Shown: in pieces, positions 11,361 to 23,877 of the stretch
How the letters are laid out: the number at the start of each line of letters is the position of its first letter
How positions within the stretch are numbered: the first letter of the stretch is position 1
DNA from: Gekko japonicus
Taxonomy: Eukaryota
Direction: 5' to 3'
Assembly: GCF_001447785.1 (NCBI RefSeq)
Contig: NW_015173679.1
Coordinates: forward strand, 900,205 to 964,204
Length of the DNA: 64,000 bases
Position numbers and translations under genes: made by a program
The notes under the pieces: model-generated
Database searches by the model: none
What the model was told of the DNA's origin: nothing
Seen by the model: only the letters and a program-made list of their open reading frames with translations

Positions 11361-14300
11361 GGCTGGCTCTGGATCTGGCTCTGGTGTTGCTGCCCCACAA
11401 TCCTTCGGGGTGGCAAACCAGCCCCCAGGCCTCCAACGGCCTTGCTTGGAGGCTGGGATCTCAAAATTCTTTTATTACTATAGATTCATGGTAACAGCAA
11501 GCCAAGTGATTTGCTTTGTTACAATATTTGGAATAGATCAGGGTCATTTGGGGGGCAGGTGGAATCTTTTTCCAAGGATCCATGGTGGCTCTTGGCAGCC
11601 CTGGAAGAGCCCACTGATTTTGGTGGAGCTTACTTCCTAGTTAGGGGTTAAAATAATAGACTAACAGTGCCATGCTAAACAGAGTTACTCTCTTAAGTCA
11701 ATGGGCTTTAGAAGGGTGTGATTATGCTTGGTTTTGTACTTTTAGTATCACAATGCTAAATGTAGGCTAGAAATCTTGAAAAGTAGGGTAGGATTTAGAC
11801 TGCTGATCTACTTCTCAGACATTTTGAAATACATTTTAAATGCTAACAAAAAAAAACTAAAGAACTATATATTACAAAGAAGCTGGTTTCTACAGTGCAC
11901 CAAGGGTCTACAAACGAACAGTTGAGATCATTCAAGAGTTAAATGTTTCTTCTCTGTCTTTTAGATGCAGAGAGCTCCTGCAGTTCACTGGAGTTCTTAA
12001 AGAAGTTTTATGCGCTGACTCCTTCCAAGGGAAGGTACATTGGTAACCAAGCCAATAGTGTGAACGTCTGAAAACAAAAGCCTCAGTAATATTTTTTAAA
12101 GTTTCATCATAAATGACAATAAAAATTAAAGGTTCCAGGAAACTTAACACAGCTTGGAGGGAAAAATGGATACAAATCTGGTGCACTACTAAAAATGAAA
12201 TGGATTTCCAATTGCTTTCTTGGTTTCAAAAAGAGTCTATTTCCAGTGCTCTACTGCCATCTTCAGTATATAGAAAGTGATCAATTTGGATGCAGGTTTG
12301 AGAGAAAAAAACAGAAGCTCTGTAGTAAAATATGGTAGCAAAATATTTAGTATAAAACTGGGAGATAATGGGTTTAGATCCAGGTGTCCCTCTTGCCATA
12401 AGATTCTAGTGCCAGCAGCACCCCAACCTCTCTTCTGGTTCTTTCTAGATTCTTTCTTTTGTAAACTGCTGAAGTGATCTAGCTGAAATGGGATTTTAAG
12501 CCTGACAAGATACAAAACATGAAATGCTCTGTGTCAATGTATGACCCAGGCAGTAGTTCTGATATGAAATATTTTGGATGTTAATGCAGCCAGGGCAAAA
12601 AAAATCCAGGAGTTTAAAGAGTCAGAACATTTAAATATATGGTATGTCTATCATTCATTGTTGTTTAATTTTATTTTATAAAACATGATGTGTGTTTAGA
12701 TATATTTTCATTCCAATTCTTGAATTAATTCTGCCTTTGTTTACTAAACTACAAGAAATTGAAAAGGGTTGGGAAAGGGACTTCTTCTGGTCTTCAACAG
12801 CTGTCTGCAACACATACACACACACATAAATACTGTCAGTAAAAATTTTCTTACCATGGTGGTGTGGATTTAAAATTTGATTGCCATTTTGTCCATGCAG
12901 TCACACTGATAAATCTCTGTTACATTCTTAGATATGCTGCTATTGTCATCATTCACATCTTAGATCTTCCTGTCCAGACAAAAAAAAAAATCCAGAAAAT
13001 GAAGAATTATATTAGCACAACACCCAGTGACGTATGGATCCGTTTCTTCACATATCACAGAGTGCACAGGTTGGGTTGAGGTTCTCTACCCTGTGACCAA
13101 TGGAACAGATGAAATGTGACTTACAAGGTGGGGATGCAGAACCCATCTTGTGTATACTCCATAATGTGGAAAGACAAATCCTGCATATTTACTAGGAGGT
13201 ATGTTCCACTAAGTTTAACGGGACTTACTGCTAGTTTCTTATGAATGCCCATTGAACAAAAAATCTGGCTGCACATCTGATGGTCAATGAGAGAGCTGAC
13301 CTTGAGACAAAAATATGGAAGGCAAATTGTCTAGTAACTGAAGCACAGGTGTCACAACTGAAGGATCTGAGATCAGACAAAGGAGCCCTTCCTGATGCAA
13401 GAATGTAATTACTTTGTTCCTAAACTGGAGATGTTGCAAGAATTTGCAGTAGGGTTATGCTGTACATTTGGTTGTATCGACCAAAAGTTCAAAAGACATA
13501 CAGATAGGTTCTTCTTTGAGATAAAGTGAACATAAAGAATGTCCTTGCATGGTTGTACTCTTGTATGTTTGCATTTATTTAAAAGTATGTTCCATTAGGA
13601 AGACAAAAAAAATCAGTAAGCAATTAAGAGTATCTATTCTTTTTAGAAAATCTTCAAAAATGTGCAGCCTACAGGTACTGTTGATTATTAGTTTGTATTT
13701 CACTGCTCAAGTGTACAATAAAAGACCCTGTCTCTTTCTGTCATGCAACAGTGGTCATGGACTTGAATCAACATACTGTGAAGTTTCTAAAGGTAATGTC
13801 ACTGCCAGATGAGGTCTGTGTGGGCCAGTCCGTCAAATGTCTCTCACATCCTTTCCCCATATGGAAGAAAGTGGACACATTTAAAGAAAAAAGCTAGAAA
13901 CTAGTAAAACTAGGTATTATTAAAAGACTCTGATGAATTCTAGAATCCAGAATATTATTCTCTAGAGTTGTAGTTATTACAAGGAGCATTGACAGGCAGA
14001 ATTCCAAAGAGGTTTATTATGCGAAGAATTTGTATTTCCAGTCACTATTAATCATTCATCAATTGTATCATTTAATGGTTTGTTTTATATCTCCCAAGTC
14101 CAGGAGAGCACATTAGTCACTCAACCAAAGTGTATGTTACTGGGTGTCACTATAAATGGAGGAGAGGGGACTTCACTCTGGTTGTGAACGCCACTACATA
14201 GCATTTTATGATATACATGATTTCAGTAGCTTGTAAAACAGTTTATAGAATTCCAGAGCAATGTGTTGAAATATCACTGTCATAAACTATCAATTGGATA

Positions 14301-14572
14301 CATGGAACTTTGCAGCGACAACTAGTATATCAGTCTTTTTGTATTCTTCTGGCTCCAGATGTTTGAACTGGAATTCCTCCATGGTTACCTCCACTTTAAT
14401 ATTTTCATTTAGTAAAATATGAAGAAACTGCACATTGCTTGCTTAGGGTTGCAGATGAACTAAACAAGTCTGGTTTTCATTTAGTAAAATATGAAGAAAC
14501 TGAACATTGCTTGCTTAGGGTTGAAGATGAACTAAACAAGTCTGGCTGTGTGCTTAAGAGGACAGTCATAAG

Positions 14573-14778
14573 CAGTGTTCCCTCTAAGCTGAGTTAGTGT
14601 GAGCTTGCTCACAGATTTTTAGCTTCTAGCTCACACATTTTTGTCTTAGCTCAGGAAGGACGGCTCCAGAGCAAACAAATTAATGCAGTAGCTAAATCGC
14701 TTGCTCACAACTTTAATGCCAGAAGCTCACAAAGTAGAATTTTTGCTCAGAAGACTCCACAGCTTAGAGGGAACATTG
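14573..14778. mobile_element. hAT MITE family A, copy 2
   Basis: Same TIRs as 8100-8305; 8-bp TSD GTCATAAG. Confidence 0.9.
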
Positions 14779-15820
14779 GTCATAAGCACAGTTATATGCT
14801 TCTAAACCCATTGACTTTCGTGGACTTTGAAGAGTGTAACTTGGCTTAGAGTTGCACTGAAATCCCTGACATGTTGACTGAATGCAACTGAGGTGTCAAC
14901 CATAGGCCCAGTAGTTATTACAGATGGTATAGCATATTAATGCCAAGTCACTCACTCACTCCTCCATGGGTTAATCACTCCTCACACTCATGGAGAGCTC
15001 TACTATGCTATTTACACAAAATACATGGGTACACATGTTCATGGGTGCATTTCTGTAAAGTACCATTAAATTATTGTAACAATAAAAAATGACATGCAGC
15101 CTGATTCTTTCATTTATTTGTTTGTAAGTCTCAATATGTTCAATGCAACATTCTCATGGCGACGTTCACAGGATTACAGGCCTGGTGACATGTAGAAGAC
15201 TTAGACATTTATTGTAGCAGAATTTTTCTTAGGCTACAGCCACCTTTCTCCGATGCATAAATTAGTCTGGATTTATAGAGAGAGATGGAGTAAAAGCTAA
15301 GACATAACAAAGTTTGAAAGATATAAGAGTTGATATAATCACAGTTTGGATTGTGCCTTGCTCCAAGCCTAAGCATAGTGACTGAAGATAGCAGAGCTGG
15401 CAATATGATCCAATCAAAGGTGTACTTTCCAGTGGAACCTAAGATCCCAGGTAAATGCCAATGAGCCATGCACATCTAACTCATACCCAACTCAGTGCCA
15501 GGCATTTCACCCAGTTCCTAACAACTCCTGCACAAGGAAAGTTGAATATGATGAATACGAAGCACTGCTGTTACTGTAAATCAAGTCTGTACTTCCCAAG
15601 TGATCTCGCAAGCCCAGTAGAGCTCACCAGCCGTGCACTGTGGCCTGCTAGGTGCTTCATTATTTTCTTGTTTTTGTAGTCCCAAGCAGGTAGCAAACAT
15701 CTGTTCGCTACCATACATGGCCGGTGAGTTACAAATTGTGCTGCCTTGCTTGTCTAAAAGTAAAAATGGTATGTGATAGATCAATAACAAGAGTGCATTA
15801 GACTACTAACGTAGCCGGTT

Positions 15821-15835
15821 TGCCATCTAGTGGCC
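15821..15835 (-). promoter_or_regulatory. CTCF-like motif
   Basis: GGCCACTAGATGGCA on the minus strand; motif match only. Confidence 0.4.
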
Positions 15836-15849
15836 TGTGTGGGAAATGT

Positions 15850-18705
15850 ATGCTAGGTTTACTCATCATTAGATTACTTTCTATTAAATCTTCAATTTTT
15901 GTAACCTTAGCTTCTTTCCGTTTCTTTTGTTCAATTGGAAATGATATAGGTAATAAATTTTTTTGATTGAAAAAAGTTTGAAATTTAGAAAAACCATTAA
16001 TTAATTGTTTTCTTTTGTTTTCACAGGTGCCTAAAAAAATGTTAAGAAAACTATTTTCTAGTCCCTTAGGTCGTTCAGATGGTGTTTGCCATATTATTTC
16101 AGGTATGCTATATGGATATGTATAGTGCTGTTGTAATAAGAACCAGTCATTTGTTTGGTGGGCATATAACATTTTGAGAATATTTGCCAGCTGTATAGCC
16201 TGGTAATATTTTGTAATATTTGGGAATCCTATTCCACCCTGCATCTTATGTCTATATAGTGTAGTAAAAAAGGATTTTTTGTTTCTTTTTCCCCCCCCCC
16301 CCAAATGTAAAAGGAGTTTTTGCCATCTAATTGTTTTTGAGATATTTTCATTGGTAATGCCTTAAAAAGAAAAATAAATTTAGGTAACATGTATGCTTTT
16401 ATGCTATTTAATCTATTTTGCCAAGTTAGATTAAGTTTATGCCATTGTACAAAGGATTTCTGGATCTTTTCTATTAAGGGATCATAGTTGGCCTTATTTA
16501 AATCTTCTCATTTCAGAGGTATTTTAATACCTAAATATTGTAAAAAAATTGATGTCCATCAATATGATGTAATCCCTTTTATATAGATTCTACTTGAATT
16601 TTGCAAATATATTGGGTATATAGAAGATTTGGAAATGTTTATTTTTAAACCAGAAATCTCACTGAATTTTTGTAACACGTGTTGCAGTGATATTGTTGGG
16701 TGGGATAAATATAATAAAATATCATCGGCAAATAATGATAATTTGTATTCTTTATTTGCGATTTGCACGCCGAGAAATCTCACTGAATTTTTGTAACACG
16801 TGTTGCAGTGATATTGTTGGGTGGGATAAATATAATAAAATATCATCGCAAATAATGATAATTTGTATTCTTTATTTGCGATTTGCACGCCGAAAATTTT
16901 GGCATGTGTTCTAATGTTTGTGGCTAAAGGTTCCATCATTAAAGCAAAAATAATAGGGGATAACGGGCAACCTTGGCGTGTTCCACACTGTAAAAAAATT
17001 ATTCCTGATAGGTTGCCATTTATTCGAAGTTGTGCTGAAGGTTGGTCATATATTGCTTTCATTGTTCGTCTAAAATTTTCACCAAATCCCAGTGTGTGTA
17101 GTACTATGTGTAAATACTCAAAATCTACCGAATCAAAAGCCTTTTCTATATCTAAGGCCACACATACTGATTGGATTTTATTAAGTTTGCAATGATGGAT
17201 TATGCTCAATGGTTGCTTTCTTTCCACCTCTCCACCTAGTCATGACATAGTTGCATGCAGCTGTCAAGGGTTTTACTAAGATGTTTTTGTATTTTTTATA
17301 TATTTCCCAGGAGCTTTATTCACTTTTAATTTTTTGATAGCTTGTAGAACCTCCTTTTCCATGATATTACTTTCCATCCATGATATATGATCTGTAGATA
17401 GTTGCAAATCATTAAAATTGTTTTTTAAGTAAGTAGTGATATTATCTGGGTGTATATCTTGGTTGCTATATAATTTTTTATAATAGTCTAAAAAGGCATT
17501 TGTTATTGTTTTAGTATCAAAATGTAAAACTCCTTGTTTATCTTTCATTGCAGTAATAAAATTAGATTCTTTCTTTTGTCTGAGTCACCTGGTTAACATT
17601 TTTAGTGCTCTAGAGGAATTTTGCCATGATGTTTGCCTCAAATAAAGCAAGCTTTGTTGTATTTTAGCAGTCTCTAACGCTTCTAATTCTCTCCTCTTTG
17701 TTATAAGCTGTTTATAAACTTTAGGGCTTCCTGTATGTTTATGTTTAGTTTCTAATGTATTAATATCTATTAATAATTGTTCTTTCCTTCCCTGCTTTTG
17801 TTTTTTTAAATAGGAAGCCTTGGAAATTAGATGACTTCTCAACACAGGTTTTAAGGCATCCCAAATAAATATTGGAGAAACTTCACCTGTGGCATTATCT
17901 GCAAAATAATTCTTAATAATATTTTCAATGTCATTTGCTATATTTTCATATAAAGTTGTGTTTAATCTCCAAGAAGTCTGTTTTGTCTCTTTATTTAATA
18001 TAATTTTACATTTCACCCAATTATGGTCTGACCATTGTAGTGTACCTATTTGTGATTGTTGTACTTTAGCAAAAAGGGATGGTGACATTAAAACATAATC
18101 AATTCTCGTATAAGTATCATGTCTACAGGAGTAGTATGTGTAGTCCCTCTCACCTATATGTTGTTGTCTCCAAACATCAATAAGTGAATGTTGCTGCAAC
18201 AAGTCTATCAATAATTGGTTTTGAGTTTTTACCTTTTTGTGTCGCATATTTTTCCCCTTTTTATGCAATTTGTCCAAGCTGTAATATATAGTGTTCAAAT
18301 CTCCACCTACAATGAGTTCACCTTCTCTGAAATTAGACAATATATTTAACATTTCTGTTACAAAGTCAATTTGCTTATCATATATGAAGAAACCAAAATG
18401 GCTACGCCCCTAGATTTAGATGAGCTGTATGCATGCCACTGATATTTAAATTTTTTTGAATTAAAGATTGTAGAAGATTTTGCCGAAATATGTGCCTCCT
18501 GCAAGAAAATTTGTGAATATATACATCTTCTCTTTACTGGGTTTCCCAAGCCCCGCACATTGTAAGATATTGAATTAAAGATTGTAGAAGATTTTGCCGA
18601 AATATGTGCCTCCTGCAAGAAAATTTGTGAATATATACATCTTCTCTTTACTGGGTTTCCCAAGCCCCGCACATTGTAAGATAAACATGTAAAAGAATTT
18701 GTCAT
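15850..18705 (-). pseudogene. L1 ORF2 (APE endonuclease + reverse transcriptase), disrupted
   Basis: SYNVRGL, FLQEAH, GGDLN, RIDY, SDH (endonuclease); LDIEKAFDSV, GTRQGCPLSP, LFADD (RT); frameshifts and a deletion near 17230-17280. Confidence 0.92.
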
Positions 18706-18964
18706 TTTAAAATAAGATACAAATAAGTAGTTTACTAGTATTTCAAACCCAGTCCCTAATACAATCGTAAACCCCCAATGCTATTGTTTTTATATTATGA
18801 ATTATGTCTTTACTGTGTTGCAAAGCCTTTTCTAACCTGTTTTTAGCAAATATAAACACACTATTAAAATACCTAATTTTCACAAAACTATAAACTTCAA
18901 ACTACAGGCAACTTACCCCTCTAAACTATTAACTTGTAAAACTAACTCTAACTATTGATTACAC

Positions 18965-18967
18965 TAA

Positions 18968-19006
<39 letters not shown>

Positions 19007-19008
19007 AT
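18965..19008. repeat. (TAAA)n microsatellite in the L1 inter-ORF spacer
   Basis: Read directly. Confidence 0.95.
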
Positions 19009-19049
19009 ATATTCTTTACATGCACTCTGTAGGATGTCTTCTGTTCTTT

Positions 19050-20010
19050 TCAGTTGCACGCCTGTATTTTCTTCCCCTTATGTGGAGTTAAGTTATAGTT
19101 CAGTCTCCTTTTGGTAGATAACTTCTCTACTTCCATCTCTTGTTGTTCAAGTCCCAATGAGTCTAATAGATGATGTCCAGAGTCTATATCTATTGCAGAT
19201 AGTAGGTTGCCATTATGCCAGACCTGGAGTTTTGCAGCTGCACTCCACCTATATCTTATGTTTTCTTCTCTTAGTTTTGCAGTTATTGGTTTTAGTGATC
19301 TTCTTAAAGCTATAGCATCAGGAGGCAATTCTGGAAATATTTCAATATTGATATCTTGAAAATTCAGATGTTTATTTGCTCTTGCTTCAGTTAGAATTCT
19401 GTTTTTTATTCTTAGGTCTTGGAATGTTGCAAGAATACTGGGGCCCTCTTCTGGTGTCTTTATGTCGCTGCCCCAAATGGTGTGCTTTTAAGATTATAGG
19501 AGACACTCCATCTTCTAATTTTAAAACTGTAGCTAGCCATTGTGCAAGAAATATTTGCATGTCTTTAGTTTCTTCAGAGCCCTCAGGAAAGCCCCCAAAT
19601 TTTAGGTTGAATTGCCGAGTTTCCATTTCCAAGGCAAGAACTCTCTTTCGAGTTATTGCATCGTCATTTTTTATAGCTTTGATTTCAGCTTCATTTTGCA
19701 TGCTTAGAAGTGAGGTGTTAGCAGCCTTATGTTCTACTTCAGTTAGTGCAAGCTTAATGTCATTAAGTTGGTTTTGTATGGGGTCAAACATTTGTTTTAT
19801 CGTTTCTAACATTCAGGATTCCATTTTAGTCATTTGTTTTTGTACATTTTGTGAGTCCCCATTACCTTGCTCCGATGTTTCGTCGGCCATCATGGAATTT
19901 GTTTCTCCAGCAGCCGTCTGATCAGTCCATTTTGGAATCATTTTAAAATAGTCTGTCAGCTGTCCAGAGTTCTTTCTAACAGTCTTGCTTGGTTCAGCTG
20001 CTTCTTCCAT
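19050..20010 (-). pseudogene. L1 ORF1 (coiled coil + RRM + C-terminal domain), one stop and one frameshift
   Basis: Coiled coil, then ETRQFNLKFGGFPEGSE (L1 RRxNLRxxGxPE-like), KAHHLG, IEIFPELPPDAIALRRSLKPI and IRYRW. Confidence 0.85.
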
Positions 20011-20289
20011 CCAAGTGAGTATATTTTAATTGCAGAGTGGTGCGATTTTTGTTGTATTGGGCCCGGGGAGATGCGGAGCTTCAAAACTATGCGTCCGCCA
20101 TTGTCGCTCCGAAACCACGCCCCCCGATTTTCTTATGATTTGATAGAATTTGTTCATTGTTATGTAGTGGTTATTGGCAATATACATAGAAAATATTTTC
20201 TTTGTAAGTCTTGTTGACTATCTTTGATTTGTGGGTCAAACTCTCGTGACTGTTTTTTTCAGTATTTGTTTCTAAACTATTTTTTTTGC

Positions 20290-20457
20290 CATAAACTGCA
20301 ACAATAATAAGCTATTAGTTTTGAAGCAGCCAGAAGATTCATTGCTGCTTTTTTTGCAACAGGGCTTTGAAGGTGACAGAAGATTCATTGCTGCAAATAA
20401 ATCAGCAATTAATCTTCTGGCACTTTCAAGACTAACAGATTATTGTTACAGTTTATC
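20290..20457. repeat. Inverted pair of Penelope-like 3' termini (hairpin)
   Basis: ataaactgcaacaataat..ttagttttgaag..ccagaagatt versus its reverse complement aatcttctggcactttcaagactaa..attattgttacagtttat. Confidence 0.5.
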
Positions 20458-20732
20458 ACACACACAAAAAGGATTTGTCTGATTATGATATTATACTACC
20501 CTTTGCAAACTAGAGCAGATAACAGGGATACCCAAAACCAAAGAAAAGAGCTCTGGTAAAGAGCCACAGTAGTAGCTTTTGCTTTGGTATCAGATGCTGC
20601 AATACTTTTACATATAGCTGATTGTTGCACCTGTATAACTTCAAATATGTTTACAGTGGCCAAAGACTCACTTCTGGAGCAGCAGCATATGCAGAAGGCA
20701 AGGTGCTGCTATAGTTTTGGGGTCTTCCACAC

Positions 20733-20982
20733 TCTCATTTCCATCACTTGTGTGTCCCTATTGCTTCGGGGGGTGTTTTTTCCTGCACATTTTGCTCCCT
20801 CTAGTGGTCAATTTGATATTACATTGTTGTAGGTCTGGCATATTTCCCTGAAGTTTTAAAGCACAGGGAAATATGCTGGATATGACAGCAATGTCATATC
20901 AAATCAACCACTAGAGGGAGCAAAATACATACAGAAAAGAAAAAATGAAGCACTACTGAAACACAAGTGACAAAAATGAAGA
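20733..20982. repeat. About 250-bp imperfect palindrome (MITE-like) with a CTCF motif in each arm
   Basis: Arms pair around about 20857; TGCTCCCTCTAGTGGTCA at 20793-20810 and CAACCACTAGAGGGAGCA at 20905-20922. Confidence 0.8.
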
Positions 20983-21214
20983 GCCCTTCTAGCTGGGAGC
21001 CAGAACAAGAAAGTATCTGGGAGCATACATTGCAAGCAGATAGCAAGCAAAATCAGGTCCCTTCTCTGAACTATGCAAAGTGTGGGTTAAATATGCTGTA
21101 TAGCAAAGGTTTTGATTTTGGTCACTTCTCTGACAGTGAATACAATCCCACTTACCCCTAAAGCTTTTTTTTTTTTTTAATCCCATTAGGGAATACATTA
21201 TTTCATACAGCCTA

Positions 21215-21410
21215 TGTTGTTGTTGTTTTTAGCCATTCAGTCATGTTCGACTCTTGGTGATTCTATGGGCCAGCTCTCTCCACATTTTTAAATCTTGTAC
21301 TGTTTCTTTGAGTTGTTCCATGCTCAGGCTGGTGTCAACTTTTATGGTATCTAGCCACCATGTTCTTTGGCAGCCAGGTTTCCTTTTGTTGCTAACCATT
21401 ATGCTTGGAT
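21215..21410 (-). mobile_element. Old RTE/BovB-related 3' end
   Basis: (CAA)n tail and resemblance to the BovB 3' end at 62850-63044. Confidence 0.6.
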
Positions 21411-21562
21411 TATACAGCCTATACCCTTCCTTAAAGGCAGCAAGGGTAAGTTCTTTCTTTTCATGCTTACTGGTGACTCCAAAGTGTTCTTGTATCCCAT
21501 TAAAGCCAGTGTTAGATTAAAAGGCATAAGAACTCTGGGGGAAAACCATATATGGGTTCCCT

Positions 21563-21775
21563 CAGGGCTGCCAGCCTCCAGATGGGGCCTGGAGATCCTC
21601 TGGAATTACAGTTGATCTCCAGATGACAGAGTTCAGTTCCCCTGGGAAAAAATGTCTGCTTTGGAGGGTGGACTGTGTGGAATTATACCATGCAGAAGTC
21701 CCTCTTCAAACCACACCCTCCTCAGGCTCCACCACTAAACCTCCAGAAATTTCCAACCCAGACTTGGCAAACCTA
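21563..21775. mobile_element. MITE with TAGGGTTGCCA-type termini (probably hAT); related reverse copy at about 41410-41610
   Basis: cagggctgccag...ttggcaaaccta termini; internal sequence shared with 41410-41610; TSD not preserved. Confidence 0.65.
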
Positions 21776-22213
21776 CCCATGCTTCTCTGACTTCAGCATC
21801 CCGCTTCTGCTCATATATCCACAACAGAGGCAAGTCTACCAATGTGAAGGTGAATTTCCTTCCCCACTCCTTCCTGATTTTGCAAATGTGTTCTGCTGCA
21901 GGCCACTCATTTATATTGCCACACACATGGGTGTATGACCATTGCTTGCCTGCCACATATGAAGGGACTTGTGCTAGTGGGAAGCTTTGGCTTGGATCTA
22001 GCAGTATGCAAATGAAAAAATAAATGGACTACTGTGGTTCTGTGCAAGCTCTTGTGCAACATCTAGCACTTTCTTCCCTATATATTATAGTGCCCAGAAA
22101 CTGGTTGTATATCTTATGCAAACAGAAATTTAATTGGAGATGCAATAAGTTTGGCTTTGCACAAGCAGCACCCACGGTCCCTTTCTTATGTTTCTGTTTC
22201 TACAAGAGCCCTA

Positions 22214-22492
22214 AAAGGTAAAGGTTCCCTTGCTCGAAAGCCAGTCGAATATGACTCTAGGGTTGCGGTGCTCATCTCCATTTCAAAGCCGAAGAGCCAG
22301 CGCTGTCCAAAGACGTTTCCATGGTTTATCTACTTGCAATTTCTTGCTTTCGAACTGCAAGGTTGGCAGGAGCTGGAACTAGAGATGGGCGCTTACTCCA
22401 TCATGCGGCAACTCGGGTCTTGAACTGCTGAACTACTGACCTTCCACAGCCTGCAGTTCAGTGTCTTAACCACTTGAGCCACCGCAGCTCCC
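22214..22492 (-). mobile_element. Sauria SINE (internally deleted)
   Basis: (ACCTTT)n tail, tRNA-like head, 12-bp TSD ACAAGAGCCCTA; near-identical to 38565-38922. Confidence 0.9.
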
Positions 22493-23181
22493 ACAAGAGC
22501 CCTAGCACAAGGCAAAATTTTGTGCTCATTCAAACCCTCTATATGGACTTCTACAATCTGAATAATATACAGTATCTTTATTCCGTACTAACAGTCATTC
22601 TTGCCACATCATGCCAACCCCTCACGATACGGAGTCATTCTTGCTTAGCTTCAGACGAGTCTTGTATTCAAAACACTGTGTCAGTTAAACTAAGATTATG
22701 GTATCTCTTGTTATAATGTGGATGTCTGGAAGTACATGAGAAAACTCTTTCCAAAGAATACTTACCTATTATGGGGCTTGGGCCTTAAATTTCTTTCTTA
22801 GTGCATTGCACTGAAGATTTTAAGATTATTTTAAATTTGGTGAACTGCATTATCCAAATGAGGCAGGCATAGATTAGGTGAATGAATGATACATCCAATA
22901 CTTTGCCTCAGCAGTCCATATTATTGAGGTTAACTGGTGTGGTTAGTCCAGTCACCATTAGTTAGCAGAATGCTTAAATAAAGCTACAAATGCAGCAGCT
23001 TCACTTTACCAGGTTACTCAGTTTACAAAGTTACACAGAGCCATGTTGCAAGTTTAGAAGAGAAATAGTTCTCTCTTTATTTAAGAAGTACACTTTGGAT
23101 AGGAAAGAGTAGAAACATGATAGATTACTAACTTACTAGCTAAAGGATGGAAGCAGATGGCAAGGCCCATTTGTCTCATGG

Positions 23182-23877
23182 TGTCAAGAGAGGACCGCAT
23201 CTCTCTCTCTCGGTGCATGCAGGAAAAGAGCATGTCTTCAAGTAAGTAAGAGAGAAGAAGAAAGGGGAAAGGGGAAATTGTCCCTGAGAACACAATCTGC
23301 ATTTCAAAGGGGACAGTGGCATAAAAGTATAGTCAGGAAGAAAGGTCAGTGTGCCTGTCTAGTTATCTAGCCTCTCTTGCCACTCAGTCTGGAGGTCTGA
23401 GACAGGGGACATTGCATCTGGAACTTGCATCTGGATTTGTACCTATCCTCTCTTCTGCAAGAGAATGACACAGCACTAATAGAAGATGGCTACTCCATGC
23501 GTGGAGGTGAAAACCACCTTACTCTGCCTGCTACGCACAGAGTTTCACTGTCTGGGTATTATCTACTATCTTGACCTTGGGATGTTCCAGCTGCTGGGTA
23601 TTATCTACTATCTTGACCTTGGGATGTTCCAGCTGCTTTCAGCTTTAGCTTGGAACCAACAGCTTTTGCTTTTGCCTGCTCTCTTTCCCCGCGTGCGCAA
23701 ACTTTGCTTATTGACTTCAGCTTGTAAGGGGGGTGTTTGATCCTAGTATAATTCAGGGTGCCATACTGTTCCCGGGCATTTCTGACACAAGCAGTACACA
23801 TGTCATAGTCCTGGTGTACCAATAAACAGAATTCTTCTTATGAAGCACTGTGTTGCATGACCTATCGAACCCTGACA
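23182..23877 (+). mobile_element. Solo LTR (696 bp)
   Basis: TGTCA...TGACA termini, exact 4-bp TSD ATGG, TATA-like tataat near 23747, AATAAA at 23821. Confidence 0.85.

Larger units (their letters stand above)
15845..20125 (-). mobile_element. L1-clade LINE with 5' end, ORF1, spacer and ORF2; 3'-truncated
   Basis: Short CpG-rich 5' UTR (20011-20125), ORF1, spacer with (TTTA)n, and ORF2 with APE and RT domains; no 3' poly(A). Confidence 0.92.

Noticed and set aside
9800-12990. Exon-like segments (acceptors near 9933, 12068 and 12482; CCACCATG|GTAAG near 12855)
   Set aside because: No consistent reading frame or recognisable protein; splice-like motifs are common by chance.
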